The notes: generated by a model from the sequence alone, not told the origin. A DNA stretch of 64,000 nucleotides from an uncultured Verrucomicrobiae bacterium (GCA_963828525.1 CAWHEP010000011.1:32001-96000); one strand, 5' to 3'. Shown: positions 22,013-32,459, counted from the first letter of the stretch. Numbers and translations are program-made.

Positions 22013-23728
22013 GTGCTGAAATCACTCGCCCATGCGATCCAGCGTCTGCCTGAACGCTCCCGTTTCGTCGTGGCGATTGCGCTCTATGGTCTGTCCGCGA
22101 GCCTCGTTGCGGTGGCATTTCAGGTGGCGATCAACTGGATCTTCTGGGCGAGCTTCGTCTATCCGTCGCAGGTTTCTCCGCGCTGGTTTCCGTGGATCAG
22201 TCTCGGAGTCATTTCGGGCGTCTCGATTTTAGCCGGCTGGTTGCTGACGGAGTTTTGCCCGGACGCGGCGGGGAGCGGCATCCCGCAGCTCAAGCTCGCG
22301 TTTTGGAAGAACTTTGGGCATACGCCCGCGCGATTGGCGTGGATAAAGTTTGTCGCCAGCGCGCTCAGCATCGGGGGCGGGCAAAGCCTCGGACGCGAAG
22401 GACCTAGTGTGCAACTCGGCGGGGCCGTAGCCTCCTCCATGGCGGGGCTGCTCGGCGTGGCCAAACAGAACAAACGCAGCGCGGCAGCGGGCGGGGCGGC
22501 GGCGGGTCTCGCCGCCGCGTTCAACGCGCCGCTCGCCTCGGTGGCGTTCGTGCTCGAAGAAATTCTGGAGGACCTCAACAGCCGCCTGCTCGGTCCGGTG
22601 CTCCTCGCGGCTGTCACAGGAGCCTTTGTTGTCCATGCATTTCTAGGCGCGCAGCCCGCCTTTAATCTCCCGCTGATCAACGAGCCGACATGGCGCGCTT
22701 ATATCCTCATGCCTGTGAGCGCGGCCTTGGCGGCGCTGGCCGGAGTCGCGTTCCAACGAGGTTCGCTGGGCTTGCGCGCGGCGTCGCGGAACTGGCGGCC
22801 GCTGCCTCCAATGTTGCGGCCTTTGCTTGGCGGATGGATTACCTGGGCGCTGGGTATCGCGGTTTACTCAGGGACGCGGCACCTCGGGGTCTTCGGTCTC
22901 GGTTACGACGATCTCTCGCTTGCCTTGCAGAATGGCATCGTATGGAAACTCGCCCTCGCCTTGCTCGTGGCAAAGCTCATCGCCACCATTGCTTGCTACG
23001 GGCTGGGTGGATGCGGAGGCATTTTCTCGCCCAGCTTGTTTTTCGGAGGAATGTGCGGCGTTGTCGTCGCCGACTTCGGCTCCCATTTCGTAGCGCTCAA
23101 TGGTCCGGATCGCATCCTCCTCACGGTTGGCGGGATGAGCGCCTGTCTAGGCGGAGTGGTACAGGCTCCAGTCACCGCGGTCCTCATCATCTTTGAGATG
23201 ACGCACCAGTTCGCGCTTTTGCCTGGGCTGATGATCGCGGGACTTGTCAGCCAGTTGGTCGCGCGCCGATTCAACCACGAAAGCTTCTACGAAGCGGTGC
23301 TCACGCAGGATGGACATCTGATGGCGCATGTGGTTCCTCCTCGCGACTTGCGGAGCTGGCAGAATTTGCCCGTCTCGGCCATCGCGCAATTTGAGCCGGT
23401 CGTGATTTCGAGTCTGGATAATGACGCCGTGATTCGCGCGCTTGACGCGCATCCTTACCAGCGCTTTCCAGTGATAAAGCACGGGCAACTCGACGGCATC
23501 CTGTTGCGCGCGGAATTCACGCTCGCCCAGGCGGAGCAGCGTCCGGCGCGGCTGCTGCCGGCTGTGAGCGCCCGGCCGAGCCAGACCATTCGCGAATGCC
23601 AGGCGCTGCTCATCGGGTCCTCGAGCGGGATCATAGTAGTCACTGATCCGCAGGGCATCGCGCTCGCGGTTGTGACTCTCCACGACCTGCTCCGCGCGCA
23701 AACGGCGATCAGCGAGCGTGAAGGGTGA
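22013..23728 (+). CDS. ClC family H+/Cl- antiporter with C-terminal CBS pair
   Basis: GSGIP, GREGP, FVLEE (proton glutamate), GIFSP, SFY; CBS-like C-terminus. Confidence 0.95.
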   Translation: MLKSLAHAIQRLPERSRFVVAIALYGLSASLVAVAFQVAINWIFWASFVYPSQVSPRWFPWISLGVISGVSILAGWLLTEFCPDAAGSGIPQLKLAFWKNFGHTPARLAWIKFVASALSIGGGQSLGREGPSVQLGGAVASSMAGLLGVAKQNKRSAAAGGAAAGLAAAFNAPLASVAFVLEEILEDLNSRLLGPVLLAAVTGAFVVHAFLGAQPAFNLPLINEPTWRAYILMPVSAALAALAGVAFQRGSLGLRAASRNWRPLPPMLRPLLGGWITWALGIAVYSGTRHLGVFGLGYDDLSLALQNGIVWKLALALLVAKLIATIACYGLGGCGGIFSPSLFFGGMCGVVVADFGSHFVALNGPDRILLTVGGMSACLGGVVQAPVTAVLIIFEMTHQFALLPGLMIAGLVSQLVARRFNHESFYEAVLTQDGHLMAHVVPPRDLRSWQNLPVSAIAQFEPVVISSLDNDAVIRALDAHPYQRFPVIKHGQLDGILLRAEFTLAQAEQRPARLLPAVSARPSQTIRECQALLIGSSSGIIVVTDPQGIALAVVTLHDLLRAQTAISEREG

Positions 23729-23786
23729 GCGATCGCGCGCGGGGAATTTTGCAACATCGCGGTGGCGGCGCGCTTTATGATCGCCT

Positions 23787-24884
23787 TTAGTAAACCTCGC
23801 CTGGTTGGAGATCCGCCGACAGGGGAGCAGGACGTTCCATCGAACTCTCGATGTCGACGAATTTACCGGAGGCGGATGCCTCATGCACAGCTTGCATGAC
23901 GTCCAGGACATGGAAGGCGGTTGCGCTGCTCGCCCTATGCGAACCGCCTGAAGCCAGCGCGGCCGCCATGTCGGCAAGGCCGATGCCGCGACAATTCTCT
24001 GTGTAGCCGAAAGCCAGGGGAACATCGCTCCAATCCGCGTCACCTGCCCGGCGAAGGGAAACGGGGCCACCGAAGCAGTTTGGGTCAGGAACGGCAAGAC
24101 TACCTTCCGTTCCATAGATCTCGATGTGCGGAAGACGATGCGCCCAAACATCAAAGCTCGTCACGATGGTCGCAATGGCCCCGCGATGAAAGTCGAGGAT
24201 GGCCGCAACGTGTGTATCGACAGCGACCTCAAGCTGGCCCGGCTTGCCGTGCTTGTCGGTAAAAACGCGTTCCTTGAACGAAGGACGCGCGGAACCGCAG
24301 ACTCGCCGAATGGGGCCAAGAAGCGTGGTGAGCGCCGTGAGGTAATAGGGTCCCATGTCGAACATCGGCCCGCCTCCGGGTTGATAGTAGAAGCCGGGGT
24401 TTGGATGCCATCGCTCGGCTCCGTGGCTCAACATGAAAGCCGTGGCCGCGATTGGCTCCCCGATGCAGCCATCATCAATCAGCTTCCGGCATGTTTGCAG
24501 CCCTCCGCCGAGGAATGTGTCAGGCGCGCAGCCGACCCGGAGTTCGCCCGCGTCCGCGAGCGCAAGAACGGCCCGCCCCTCTTCTCTCCGAATGCCCAAG
24601 GGCTTCTCCGAATAGACCGCCTTCCCGGCCCGCAAGGCAGCTTGTGACACTTCCGCGTGCGCGACCGGCACCGTAAGATTCAGAACGATGCCCACCTCGG
24701 GATCGGCCAGCAAATCCTCCACGGACAGGGCCTTCGGGATATCGTACTCCGCGGCTAGCGCCCGCGCTTTGGCAGGGTCAATGTCGGCGCAGGCGACTAT
24801 CTCGATCGCGTCGAACTTCCGGCCCGCTTCACAGTAGATCGCGCTGATGTTCCCGCAGCCGATCAAGCCGATGCCGGTTTTCAC
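23787..24884 (-). CDS. Gfo/Idh/MocA family oxidoreductase
   Basis: [29 protein letters not shown]. Confidence 0.95.
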   Translation of the reverse strand: MKTGIGLIGCGNISAIYCEAGRKFDAIEIVACADIDPAKARALAAEYDIPKALSVEDLLADPEVGIVLNLTVPVAHAEVSQAALRAGKAVYSEKPLGIRREEGRAVLALADAGELRVGCAPDTFLGGGLQTCRKLIDDGCIGEPIAATAFMLSHGAERWHPNPGFYYQPGGGPMFDMGPYYLTALTTLLGPIRRVCGSARPSFKERVFTDKHGKPGQLEVAVDTHVAAILDFHRGAIATIVTSFDVWAHRLPHIEIYGTEGSLAVPDPNCFGGPVSLRRAGDADWSDVPLAFGYTENCRGIGLADMAAALASGGSHRASSATAFHVLDVMQAVHEASASGKFVDIESSMERPAPLSADLQPGEVY

Positions 24885-25528
24885 CTTGCCGCCCAGGAAA
24901 TGCCGCGCAGGAGGATTTCACGCGGCGCCCACTGTTCGAACTCAGCGGCCACATGTCCCAGCGAAGAGTAGAAAACGTGTCCTTTGCCCCATGATCGCTT
25001 CCATACGACCGGCATGACTGTGCCAGCGATCCAGGGAATGACGGCGCCGCTGAAGACCGTGGAAGCCAGGACGTGGTTGGCGGGATCAACGTGCATGTAA
25101 TACTGCTCGGAATGCACCGTGAAAGCTTCGATGTCGCGCATGATCGGGTCGGATGAATCCACAACATCCACGCGATAGTCGATAATGTTGCCGGGATGCG
25201 AGACGAACTGTCCGCCTACCATGAACTGAAAGTCCGGCGCGTCCCTGAACGAGTCGCCCAGCCCGCCATGCCAGCCGGCAAGGCCCGCTCCATTTCGGAC
25301 GGCGTCTTGCAGACCCGCGAGCTGTTCCTTGCTGATGGAGCCCATCGTCCACGACGGGACGATGACGGCAAACTCGGCGAGTCGGGCGGCATCGAGGTAC
25401 GCGTCCATCGTATCGGACACCTCGACCGTGAATCCGCGCTCTTCGAGATGGGGAGCGAGGAGATCGACACATTTTCTGGGCTCGTGGCCCTCCCATCCGC
25501 CCCAGACCATCAATAGCTTTTTCTTCAT
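24881..25528 (-). CDS. ThuA-like (trehalose utilisation) domain protein
   Basis: [39 protein letters not shown]. Confidence 0.92.
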   Translation of the reverse strand: MKKKLLMVWGGWEGHEPRKCVDLLAPHLEERGFTVEVSDTMDAYLDAARLAEFAVIVPSWTMGSISKEQLAGLQDAVRNGAGLAGWHGGLGDSFRDAPDFQFMVGGQFVSHPGNIIDYRVDVVDSSDPIMRDIEAFTVHSEQYYMHVDPANHVLASTVFSGAVIPWIAGTVMPVVWKRSWGKGHVFYSSLGHVAAEFEQWAPREILLRGISWAAR

Positions 25529-25674
25529 AGGCTGGTCGCAGCGTACAGGGTAACCGCCGGCTCGGCAGCGTAATAATTGAAAGTCGAACAGAGCCTCAAG
25601 CGCGGTCTCCTGCAGACGACGTCGCTTGTTCGTTCCCTAAAGCGGAGTAGATTCCCGCCTCAACTACGAAATAT

Positions 25675-26112
25675 ATGAACCTACCATCCGCTCCTGATCT
25701 CACAAAAACAGCTCCTCGCAGCCCTCGCGTGCGCGTCGGGGGATTCGTCATCCTAGGCAGAACGATCGACAAATGCCGCGCGCTCCTCGGAGGTGACATC
25801 GGCGAATATCATTTCGATTGCCCGCTGGATAACGTTCTCTTTGGCTTCAAGGGAATCAAAGGTGACGCCTTCAAGGAACAGGTTTCCTCGGGCGCGAGTG
25901 ATGAAGCGATGGCAGAATGGGTCACCTCGAACGGCACATCGAAATCAGCGGACGAGATCAAGGGGTGGTCGGACTCGATGGAGAAGGTCACGCTGGTCAA
26001 CGATCCTGAGAAGAAAGCCTACTTCATCGGCGAGTGCGAGAAGCTGGGCCTCGATCCTTACAAGACTTCTCTATTTGAATGGCTCGAGGCCGACGATAAA
26101 GCCTCGCATTAA
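25675..26112 (+). CDS. DUF5069 domain protein
   Basis: PRSPRVRVGGFVILGRTIDKCRA, GEYHFDCPLD, FEWLEADD. Confidence 0.85.
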   Translation: MNLPSAPDLTKTAPRSPRVRVGGFVILGRTIDKCRALLGGDIGEYHFDCPLDNVLFGFKGIKGDAFKEQVSSGASDEAMAEWVTSNGTSKSADEIKGWSDSMEKVTLVNDPEKKAYFIGECEKLGLDPYKTSLFEWLEADDKASH

Positions 26113-26117
26113 GCGAA

Positions 26118-26132
26118 TGCCGGACTGACCGG
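26118..26132 (+). repeat. 15-bp direct repeat, copy 1 (TGCCGGACTGACCGG)
   Basis: Exact match to 37546-37560; both copies are preceded by CGAA (one-base indel). Confidence 0.6.
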
Positions 26133-26339
26133 GATCAGTTCACCAGAGAGTTCAGATGCCGTGAGCGGGCGCTGGCGGATGTTCGCGCGTTTGCCAGCTC
26201 TTCGCGATACGAATCAGCGCCCTTTGAGACCGCCGAATCGCAGGCCTCCGCCGATTTACGCCCGATGGTGAATGTTCGCAGTGATTCACAACTTTGGGAG
26301 AGCCTTTTCCCGATGAGCGGGTAACGTGGGCGAATCACG

Positions 26340-27269
26340 ATGAATGGCGATGCCATATTCGATCCACAATCCCCTCATGCCCGGGCGATGTATCACCTCG
26401 GCATGGTGGCGCTGGCTGTGTTCTGCGCCATCTTCGCCGCGGTGGGCGGAACGATCTTTTACAGCCTTGCGCGCTTTCGGTGGCGCGAGGGCGAGGCTGA
26501 TCCACGCCAGTTGGCGGGGCACAAAACGGTCGAAATAATCTGGACGGCCATCCCGTTGGTAGTGGTGGCGCTGTTGTTCGGATTGACGGCCCATACGATG
26601 AGCCAGGTTGATCCACCCCCTTCCGGGACCCCTGATCTCGTCGTGACGGGGCATCAATTCTGGTGGGAGGCGCGCTACCCTTCCGGCGCTGTAGTCGCGA
26701 ATGAAATCCATATTCCTGTCGGGAAGCCGCTGTCGGTGCGACTCGGCGCGGGCGATGTCATCCACGAGTTTTGGGTGGCGGAATTGACGCGCAAAACGGA
26801 AGCAATTCCAGGCCAGGAGCGTTCGCTTTGGATGCAAGCGGACAAGCCGGGCGCCTACATGGGCGTGTGCTCGGAGTTCTGCGGAACGCAGCACGCCTGG
26901 ATGCGGTTTCTTGTTATCGCCGAGGAACCCGCGCAATTTGAGGCATGGCAGAAGGCGCAACTGCAGTCCTCCCAAGCGCCTGATGCCGCTCTCGCGCAAA
27001 GCGGCTTGAAGCTGTTCCAAACCATGAGTTGCGTGAGTTGCCATGCGATCAACGGGGTAGCGGGAGCATCGGCGCGGGTGGGGCCAGACCTTACGCACAT
27101 TGCGAGCCGACGGCAGCTTGCCGCGGGCGTCATCGAAAACTCGCCGGAGAAGCTCCGCGCGTGGCTTAAAGATCCGCAGGCGATAAAGCCGGGCGTGTTG
27201 ATGCCCAACTATAACCTGAGCGATGAACAGCTAACGCAACTGGTCGCCTATTTTGAGACACTGAAATGA
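26340..27269 (+). CDS. coxB: Cytochrome c oxidase subunit II with fused C-terminal cytochrome c (caa3 type)
   Basis: GHQFWWE, DVIH, CuA motif CSEFCGTQHAWM, heme c CVSCH...LMP. Confidence 0.96.
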   Translation: MNGDAIFDPQSPHARAMYHLGMVALAVFCAIFAAVGGTIFYSLARFRWREGEADPRQLAGHKTVEIIWTAIPLVVVALLFGLTAHTMSQVDPPPSGTPDLVVTGHQFWWEARYPSGAVVANEIHIPVGKPLSVRLGAGDVIHEFWVAELTRKTEAIPGQERSLWMQADKPGAYMGVCSEFCGTQHAWMRFLVIAEEPAQFEAWQKAQLQSSQAPDAALAQSGLKLFQTMSCVSCHAINGVAGASARVGPDLTHIASRRQLAAGVIENSPEKLRAWLKDPQAIKPGVLMPNYNLSDEQLTQLVAYFETLK

Positions 27270-29497
27270 ACGAGGCCGCGACCGATTTCTCGCCTGGGTC
27301 AATCGATACTGTTGGAGAAACGACAGGGTATCGCCTCTCGTGGCTTTCCACGGTCGATCACAAGCGCATCGGCATTCTCTACCTGATCACCGCCCTCGTC
27401 TTTTTCATGATTGGCGGGATCGAGGCGATCCTGATCCGTATCCAGTTGGCGGTGCCGAATAACCACTTCCTGGCTCCGGACACTTATAACCAGGTCTTCA
27501 CGATGCACGGGACGACGATGATCTTCCTCGTTGCGATGCCAGCCCTTTTTGGACTCGTGAACTACGTCCTGCCGCTGCAGATCGGCGCCAGGGATATGGC
27601 GTTCCCGCGTCTAAATGCCTTCAGTTTCTGGCTGGTGCCGTTCGGTGGAATATTGCTGCATTTCAGCATCCTCGCGGGCGGCGCTCCGAATGTGGGGTGG
27701 TTTGCTTACGCGCCTCTGAGTGAGACGCCGTTTTCATCCCAGCTGGGAGTTGATTACTGGGCAGTTTCGCTGTTTGCGCTTGGCCTTGGATCGGTCGGCA
27801 CGGCAATTAACATCATTACGACGGTGCTCTGCATGCGGGCGCCCGGGATGACATTGAGAAGGCTGCCCCTGTTCACATGGATCAACTTTGTGAATGGATT
27901 CATCATCCTCCTGGCGCTGCCGTTGTTAAATGCCGGGCTCGCAATGCTGTTGATAGATCGGAGGCTGGACGCGCGCTTCTTCCTGCCTTCCCACGGTGGA
28001 TCGCCGATCTTGTGGCAGCACATCTTCTGGGCGTTTGGACATCCTGAAGTTTACATCCTGGCGCTGCCCGCTTTCGGCATCCTCTCCGAGATCATCCCGG
28101 TGTTTTCACGAAAGCCCATTTTCGGGTATGAGTTCGTCGCGGGATCGAGCGTCATGATCGCCATTCTGAGCATGGGGGTCTGGGCGCACCATATGTTTAC
28201 GACGGGCATTGGACGATCTGCCGATCTCTTCTTTGCGATTGCCTCGATGCTGATCGCCATACCGACCGGCGTCAAAGTGTTGAACTGGACCGCGACCATG
28301 GTGGGGGGACGCATACGGTTCCGGACGCCGATGCTTTTTTGCGTGGCGGCAGTTGTGCAGTTCATACCGGCGGGGTTGACCGGAGTGAGCCACGCGATGG
28401 CGGCGCTCGACTGGCAGACACACAACACCTACTACCTCGTGGCGCATTTCCATTTCGTCGCGGTGGGATTGATCGTTTTTGCCATACTCGGCGGGGTCTA
28501 TTACTGGTTCCCCAAGATGAGCGGGAGGATGCTTTCCGAGCGCATGGGAAAATGGTCGTTCTGGTTGATGGTCATCGGGTTTAACATGACCTTCATCATC
28601 CAGCATGTGCTTGGCTTTAAGGGCATGGGACGCCGCGTTTACACATACCCGGATCTGCCGGGCTACACGTGGATGAATATGCTCTCCAGCTTCGGGGCGG
28701 TGTTCATGACTGCTTCGGCGCTGGTGCTGGTGGCGAATGTGATTGTGAGCCTGCTGATCGGCAAACAGGCGGGCGATAATCCCTGGGAGGCCTGGACTCT
28801 GGAGTGGGCGGCGACATCACCCCCGCCGGCGGACAACTTCCAGTGTCTTCCGCCGATTCGAAGCCGCCGTCCGTTGTGGGATACGGCGAATCCAGACCGG
28901 CCCGATCCGCCTGTGGGAAGCGACAGCGATGTTGTGATAACGCCGGAGAAAAGCAAAGTAAACGTCCTGGCGTTCATCTTCTCCGAAACGGGTTTTTTCG
29001 GGGTGTTGATCCTTTCGTACCTATTCTTCAACGCGTCGCCACAGCCCGGCCCGAGCCATAAGGATCTGAATCTCACAAAGGCGCTCGGTTTCACCGCGTG
29101 CCTCCTGGCGAGCAGCTTCACAATCTGGCGCGCGGAGGCTGGTCTCCGCGCAAGGAAGCAGGGAGAGACTTGCGCCTGGCTGCTGGTCACGATCGGGCTC
29201 GGGGCGATATTTGTCGCCGGCCAGGGGTTCGAATACTGGGGACTTCTTAGCAATGGCATCTCTGTCAATTCCAGTTTGTTCGCGACCAGCTTCTTCACGC
29301 TCACCGGGTTCCATGGGCTGCATGTTTGCCTGGGGCTGATCGCAATGCTCATCCTCCTCTGGCTGACGTTGAAGGGCGATTTCCGGTCGGGTCATTCGCC
29401 TGTCTTTGAAGCGGTCAGCTACTACTGGCACTTTGTCGATGTTGTATGGGTGTTCGTTTTTACCGCGATCTACTTGCTTCCCCTTCTATTCCCATGA
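27266..29497 (+). CDS. ctaD: Cytochrome c oxidase subunit I (A1 type) fused to subunit III
   Basis: DHKRIG, GHPEVY, WAHH, PTGVK, HFH; C-terminal ~180 aa with FIFSE, FFTLTGFHGLHV, YWHFVDVVW (subunit III). Confidence 0.96.
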   Translation: MNEAATDFSPGSIDTVGETTGYRLSWLSTVDHKRIGILYLITALVFFMIGGIEAILIRIQLAVPNNHFLAPDTYNQVFTMHGTTMIFLVAMPALFGLVNYVLPLQIGARDMAFPRLNAFSFWLVPFGGILLHFSILAGGAPNVGWFAYAPLSETPFSSQLGVDYWAVSLFALGLGSVGTAINIITTVLCMRAPGMTLRRLPLFTWINFVNGFIILLALPLLNAGLAMLLIDRRLDARFFLPSHGGSPILWQHIFWAFGHPEVYILALPAFGILSEIIPVFSRKPIFGYEFVAGSSVMIAILSMGVWAHHMFTTGIGRSADLFFAIASMLIAIPTGVKVLNWTATMVGGRIRFRTPMLFCVAAVVQFIPAGLTGVSHAMAALDWQTHNTYYLVAHFHFVAVGLIVFAILGGVYYWFPKMSGRMLSERMGKWSFWLMVIGFNMTFIIQHVLGFKGMGRRVYTYPDLPGYTWMNMLSSFGAVFMTASALVLVANVIVSLLIGKQAGDNPWEAWTLEWAATSPPPADNFQCLPPIRSRRPLWDTANPDRPDPPVGSDSDVVITPEKSKVNVLAFIFSETGFFGVLILSYLFFNASPQPGPSHKDLNLTKALGFTACLLASSFTIWRAEAGLRARKQGETCAWLLVTIGLGAIFVAGQGFEYWGLLSNGISVNSSLFATSFFTLTGFHGLHVCLGLIAMLILLWLTLKGDFRSGHSPVFEAVSYYWHFVDVVWVFVFTAIYLLPLLFP

Positions 29498-30279
29498 CGA
29501 CTGAACACTTCCTCCTTTCGGCGTGGATATTCAATCCGGCAGCCTTGCTTCTGTGCGGAGCGCTGTGCGCGGCATACATCGCGGCCTTCGGGATGGGGTC
29601 GCGCCTCTGGTTCTTGATCGGGGGAGTGGGCATCATTCTGCTGGCGCTGGCCTCTCCGCTCCGCGCGCTGGCGGACGGCTGCCTGTTTAGCGCGCACATG
29701 GTTCAGCACATCCTTCTTCTCCTGGTGGCTCCTGTGTTTTTTCTCCTGTCGCTGCCCCGGCAATTTGTCGCGGGCGGATTCATCCGGCGCGCTTTGCATC
29801 CGGTTGCCGGCTGGATGGCGGGAGTGGGCGCGATGTGGCTCTGGCATACTCCTGCCTTGTGCAATGCCGCGGTGAGTTCGAAGTCGGTGAGCGCTCTGCA
29901 AACCCTCTCGCTTCTCGCTCTTGGCAGCTTGTTCTGGTGGCAGGTGCTCGCGCCCCGCGACGAACAGCGCCTGCCGCCGCTCGCCGGGGTCGGCTATCTC
30001 TTCACCGCTTGCGCCGCTTGCACCGTCCTCGGGATTATCCTCACCTTCTCGCCTGTAACCGTCTGCTCGATCTATATGCATCCGGCGGATCCGCTGGGTC
30101 TGCTGGGGATGGTTCAGCAGGGGTGGGGGATTTCGCTGCAGAAGGATCAGCAAATCGGCGGATTGCTTATGTGGGTACCCTCTTGCCTCATCTTCCTGAG
30201 CGCGGTCTTCTGCCAGTTGGTCAGATGGTTCACCCCGCCACTTCCCGCGCTACCGCAGGCTGCGATTGAAAGCCTATGA
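29494..30279 (+). CDS. ctaG: Cytochrome c oxidase assembly factor, caa3-type CtaG
   Basis: FSAHMVQHILL, WLWHTP, DQQIGGLLMWVP; ATGA overlap with ctaD. Confidence 0.9.
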   Translation: MTTEHFLLSAWIFNPAALLLCGALCAAYIAAFGMGSRLWFLIGGVGIILLALASPLRALADGCLFSAHMVQHILLLLVAPVFFLLSLPRQFVAGGFIRRALHPVAGWMAGVGAMWLWHTPALCNAAVSSKSVSALQTLSLLALGSLFWWQVLAPRDEQRLPPLAGVGYLFTACAACTVLGIILTFSPVTVCSIYMHPADPLGLLGMVQQGWGISLQKDQQIGGLLMWVPSCLIFLSAVFCQLVRWFTPPLPALPQAAIESL

Positions 30280-30518
30280 CGCCTGAAAAGAGTCCTGAGA
30301 AAGTGGCGGAAACCAACGTTCGCTCAGGTTGGAATGCCTTGCCGCATGGGCACATCCCTCGTCCTACCTTTTTCCCAGCGGGCCTCGCGATGGGAGTGAC
30401 CTTCCTTTTCTGGGGACTCATCACCTCGTGGGTGGTTTGCGTGGTAGGTGTCGCTCTGCTCCTGGCCGCCTTGTACGGCTGGATACTGGAAATTCGCCAT
30501 GAACGAGAACAGCCCTAA
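30276..30518 (+). CDS. Small two-TM protein, possible oxidase/supercomplex accessory subunit
   Basis: 80 aa, IPRPTFFP + two hydrophobic helices + GWILE; overlaps both neighbours. Confidence 0.75.
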   Translation: MTPEKSPEKVAETNVRSGWNALPHGHIPRPTFFPAGLAMGVTFLFWGLITSWVVCVVGVALLLAALYGWILEIRHEREQP

Positions 30519-31041
30519 TCCACCCTGCCATGCCCGCGTTGAAGACCCGGCCACCGTAAGCCGGCGTGGTTTCCTGGAGAAAATCTGCGTTGCCCTTGGT
30601 GTTGTGTGCGGCGCTCTGATTGGCCTGCCGGTCGTCGGTTTCATTTTGGCTCCTCTGTTCCGGAAAGCCCCTGAAAAATGGGTGCCGATCGGGAAACTGG
30701 AAAACTACGTGATCGGAAAGACCGTGAGCGTCTCGATCGTTGATCCCTCCTCTCTGCCATGGGCTGGCATCAGCGCGAAGAGCGCCGCGTGGGTGCGAAG
30801 GGAAGGGAAGGAGAAGTTCGTCGCCTTTTCGGTAAACTGCACCCACCTTGGATGCCCCGTGAGATGGATGGGAGACGCGGAGCTGTTCATGTGCCCTTGC
30901 CACGGCGGAGTGTTCTATAAGGATGGGAGGGTCGCGGCCGGCCCGCCGCAACACCCGCTGCCGCGCCACCAGGTAAGGGTTGTCGGCGGAGAGGTGCAAC
31001 TCCTGTCCTCCCCCGTCGCAATCCAGACTGATCTCTCATGA
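30499..31041 (+). CDS. Rieske 2Fe-2S subunit of quinol:cytochrome c oxidoreductase
   Basis: Tat motif SRRGFL, CTHLGC and CPCHGG boxes, GPP. Confidence 0.96.
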   Translation: MNENSPNPPCHARVEDPATVSRRGFLEKICVALGVVCGALIGLPVVGFILAPLFRKAPEKWVPIGKLENYVIGKTVSVSIVDPSSLPWAGISAKSAAWVRREGKEKFVAFSVNCTHLGCPVRWMGDAELFMCPCHGGVFYKDGRVAAGPPQHPLPRHQVRVVGGEVQLLSSPVAIQTDLS

Positions 31042-32459
31042 TCAAGCGGCTCGCCACACAACTCGTCCGGTGGATTGATGACCGGCTGGGAATCTCGGAC
31101 CTTGTCGGACCTTCGATGACGCACCTGGTGCCCCGTGACGCGGGGTGGTGGTATGTATTTGGCAGCGCGACCACCATCGCTTTTCTCATGCAGGTGGTCA
31201 CCGGAGTCGCGCTGACCTTTTCCTTCGTTTCATCTTCCTCGCAGGCGTACGAGACGCTGCAGTTCATCAGCGATCAGGCTCCGCTGGGTCGTTTCCTGCG
31301 CGGGATGCACTATTTCGGCGCTTCCGCCATGGTGCTGATGGTCGGCGCGCACATGGCGCAGACTTTCCTGTTTGGCGCTTATAAATTTCCGCGCGAGATG
31401 AACTGGTCCACCGGCGTGCTCCTGCTCGCCTTCACGATGGCGATGGGTTTTACCGGTCAGCTTCTGCGCTGGGATCAGACTGCCGCCTGGTCGGTGGTGA
31501 TAGCGGCCGAGCAGGCAGGACGCGTCCCTTTCATTGGCGATTGGCTGGCCCGCCTGATTCTCGGCGGTGACAACATCGGGGGAGCCACGCTCAGCCGGTT
31601 CTTTGCCGTCCACGTGTTCATCATCCCGGGATTCATGTTCGTATTCATCGGCTTGCATGTGTGGCTCGTGCTGCGCCACGGCATCACCAACATGCCGAGA
31701 GCCGGCAAGCCGGTTGTCCCTGAGACTTACCGGCAGGAATACCACGCCCTGCTTGAAAAGGATGGCATCCCTTTTTGGCCCGATGGCGCGTGGCGGGATT
31801 TTGTGTTTGGCACAGGTCTGGTGCTTGCCGTCACCCTTCTCGCGCTCTGTGTTGGTCCGCCGGAATTGGGGAAGCCGCCCGACCCTAGCATTCTGCAAGC
31901 CTACCCGAAGCCCGACTGGTATCTCCTCTGGTATTTCGCTCTGCTGGCTCTCATTCCCGTCCAAGTGGAGGGCTATGTGATGATCCTCCTGCCGGCCGCG
32001 ATCGGCATCCTGCTTCTGATCGTGCCCCTGCTAAGCAACAAGGGTGAGCGCTCTCCGAGCCGCAGGCCATGGTCGATCGCCGTGGTATTACTGAGCGTCA
32101 TCACGATTGGCTCTCTCTGGATTGCGGGCGCGAAGTCACCGTGGACGCCAAACTTCGAGGCAACTCCTCTCACGACACAAGTGGTGGGCGCGACCAGTGG
32201 CCCTGTTTTTGAAGGCAGCCGCGTCTTCTACTCCAAAGCGTGCGTCAACTGCCATACAATCCAGGGCGATGGCGGCAAACGCGGTCCGGAGCTAACTTAT
32301 ATTGGCGACAAGCTAACAGAACCGGAAATGATAACCCGCATCATCAACGGCGGCGTGAACATGCCCGCGTATGGCAGTTTCCTCAAGCCGGGCGAGCTGC
32401 AGCAAGTAGTGGCTTTTTTGAAGAGCAGGCAGCGTTATCCGGTTAGCGGGCCGCGTTGA
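31038..32459 (+). CDS. Cytochrome b (full length) fused to C-terminal cytochrome c
   Basis: RGMHYFGAS..H, RFFAVH..LH, Qo motif PDWY, CVNCH...NMP. Confidence 0.95.
   Translation: MIKRLATQLVRWIDDRLGISDLVGPSMTHLVPRDAGWWYVFGSATTIAFLMQVVTGVALTFSFVSSSSQAYETLQFISDQAPLGRFLRGMHYFGASAMVLMVGAHMAQTFLFGAYKFPREMNWSTGVLLLAFTMAMGFTGQLLRWDQTAAWSVVIAAEQAGRVPFIGDWLARLILGGDNIGGATLSRFFAVHVFIIPGFMFVFIGLHVWLVLRHGITNMPRAGKPVVPETYRQEYHALLEKDGIPFWPDGAWRDFVFGTGLVLAVTLLALCVGPPELGKPPDPSILQAYPKPDWYLLWYFALLALIPVQVEGYVMILLPAAIGILLLIVPLLSNKGERSPSRRPWSIAVVLLSVITIGSLWIAGAKSPWTPNFEATPLTTQVVGATSGPVFEGSRVFYSKACVNCHTIQGDGGKRGPELTYIGDKLTEPEMITRIINGGVNMPAYGSFLKPGELQQVVAFLKSRQRYPVSGPR

Noticed and set aside
22013..23728. Fluoride-specific CLC-F exporter
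   Set aside because: Has canonical GSGIP/GREGP chloride motifs rather than GNNLI/GREGT, and no fluoride riboswitch was seen
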